The notes beneath the pieces were generated by a model, which was given only the letters and a program-made list of their open reading frames with translations, had not been told where the DNA came from and did no database searches. 64,000 bases of DNA from an uncultured Ectothiorhodospiraceae bacterium (GTDB lineage Bacteria; Pseudomonadota; Gammaproteobacteria; S012-40), in assembly GCA_945787715.1 (NCBI GenBank), contig CALZJE010000001.1, forward strand, positions 11,127 through 75,126, in the 5' to 3' direction. Below are positions 62,683 through 64,000 of this stretch, piece after piece. Positions within the stretch are counted from its first letter, which is position 1, and each line of letters opens with the position of its first letter. The translations under genes and the position numbers were made by a program.

Positions 62683-63729
62683 ATGTTAATCATAAAAAAA
62701 TACCCCCGTTCTTTTGCTGCAGCCGTAGCACTCCATATATTTCTTGCGATTATTTTTTTGGCAAACATAGAGTTTGATAGCGAACCGGCGATACCCGAAC
62801 AAAAAGAAGTGGATGTTGTTCAAGCGACAGCAGTTAATGAAGAACAAGTACTAGCCGAGTTAGCAAAACTAAAAGCTGCTGAGTTGGCAAAGAAAAAGAA
62901 AGAAGATGCGCGTGTAAATAAGCTTGAGCGAGATGCGGATAAAGCAAAAAAACAGCGGGAAAGAGAACAAAGGCGATTGGCCGAGTTAGAGAAAAAGCGT
63001 AAAGCAGAACAAAAGAAAAAGCAGCAGTTGGAAAAAGAAAGCAAAAACGCAGAGCAAAAGCGTAAACAGGAAGAGAAGAAGCAAAGGGAAGCTGAGAAAC
63101 AGCGAAAAATTGCTGAACAGAAGCAAAAAGACGCTGAAAAAGCTACCGCAAAAGCAGAGAAAGAGCAAAAAGCCGCAGAAACTAAGCGCCGCAAAGAGTT
63201 AGAGCAGCAGCGAATAGCTGAAGCACAACGTCGCAAAGCGGATGAAGAGCGCAAGCGAGCGGAAGCGAAAAAACGCAAAGCTGAAGAAGAACGTAAACGG
63301 GCCGAAGAGATTGAACGGAAAGCTAAAGAAAAAGCGTTACGAGCCATTGAAGAGCAGCAAAGACGTGAGGAAGAGATAGAGCGTCAACGCCAGATGGCTG
63401 AAGAGCAGAAACGACTGAAGGCATCTAGTGACAAAAAAGCGCAAAAAATTATCAATCGCTATGTGGGATTAATTAAACGTCAGGTGGAAAATAATTGGCG
63501 TAAACCCTCAACGGCTACACCAGGTATGTCATGTGACGTGCATGTGCGGTTAATGCCTACGGGAGATATCATTACAGTGGAGGCGAAAAAGTGCACAGGT
63601 GGTGATGCAATTTTTCAGCGAAGTGTTGAGGATGCGGTAAGAGCAGCCGCACCTCTCTCATTACCAACGGATAAAGCATTATTTTCTCAGTTCAGAGAAA
63701 TTAATTTCAAATTTAAACCAGAAAATTAG
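62683..63729 (+). CDS. tolA: Tol-Pal protein TolA
   Basis: TM with ALH, K/E/A/R-rich helical linker, C-terminal TonB-like domain. Confidence 0.92.
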   Translation: MLIIKKYPRSFAAAVALHIFLAIIFLANIEFDSEPAIPEQKEVDVVQATAVNEEQVLAELAKLKAAELAKKKKEDARVNKLERDADKAKKQREREQRRLAELEKKRKAEQKKKQQLEKESKNAEQKRKQEEKKQREAEKQRKIAEQKQKDAEKATAKAEKEQKAAETKRRKELEQQRIAEAQRRKADEERKRAEAKKRKAEEERKRAEEIERKAKEKALRAIEEQQRREEEIERQRQMAEEQKRLKASSDKKAQKIINRYVGLIKRQVENNWRKPSTATPGMSCDVHVRLMPTGDIITVEAKKCTGGDAIFQRSVEDAVRAAAPLSLPTDKALFSQFREINFKFKPEN

Positions 63730-63947
63730 AGGTCTTTAATTTGCGTAGAAATGTAGATTGAGTGTTTCGTTAAAATTGTGTGAAGGTCACCCTGGATTTA
63801 AAAAATACTAGGCACTAATCTTCTTGCAGAAAATTTTTGGAAAAATTGTCGCATTTGCGTAAGATAGCTTGCTAGATTTTCATTTAAATTCATATGCGAT
63901 TGCAAAGCGATCAAATTGTTGTCGAAAGTAAATTCAAAGGTGTTGGG

Positions 63948-64000
63948 TTGATTAAAAAACTAGCTTTTATTTTCATGTTGTGTGTTTTTGGCGGAGGAAA
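63948..64000 (+). CDS. Possible 5' end of tolB (truncated by window edge)
   Basis: TTG ATT AAA AAA CTA GCT TTT ATT TTC ATG TTG TGT... reads as a signal peptide at the expected tolB position. Confidence 0.3.
   Translation, partial: MIKKLAFIFMLCVFGGG

Noticed and set aside
62820..63347. 175-aa minus-strand ORF
   Set aside because: Antisense shadow of the low-complexity tolA linker

Overview
A mostly core-genome stretch of an AT-rich gammaproteobacterial chromosome. Recognisable conserved blocks are pilMNOPQ-aroKB-dgt-WGR-AAA/SPOR divergent from mrcA; rpmE-thermonuclease-maeB; rhlB-trxA-rho-rsmE; an iscR-like gene with iscU; oxyR divergent from rubrerythrin-rubredoxin-rubredoxin reductase; xth/pyrE; coaBC-dut-algC-argB-slmA; radC, rpmBG; and yebC-ruvCAB-tolQRA. 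An accessory zone at about 24.5-46.5 kb holds the most interesting items. The best candidate for an undescribed system is a tightly coupled three-gene envelope operon (27095-30552): a His/Met-rich YtkA-like lipoprotein, an outer-membrane barrel with an N-terminal Cys-Cys motif, and a CxxC/His thioredoxin-fold lipoprotein, behind a RegA-like palindrome. It looks like a copper/metal acquisition or delivery module. Other notable items: an IscR homologue without Fe-S ligands, a perfect Fur box before an unknown exported protein, a binding-protein plus CHASE-PAS-GGDEF-EAL pair, two MITE-like palindromic elements, two tandem repeats and a probable pseudogene. Two real small genes missing from the ORF track (rubredoxin, rpmG) were read by hand. 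No rRNA, tRNA, CRISPR array or transposase was seen. All assignments come from motif recognition and synteny only; no database search was run.
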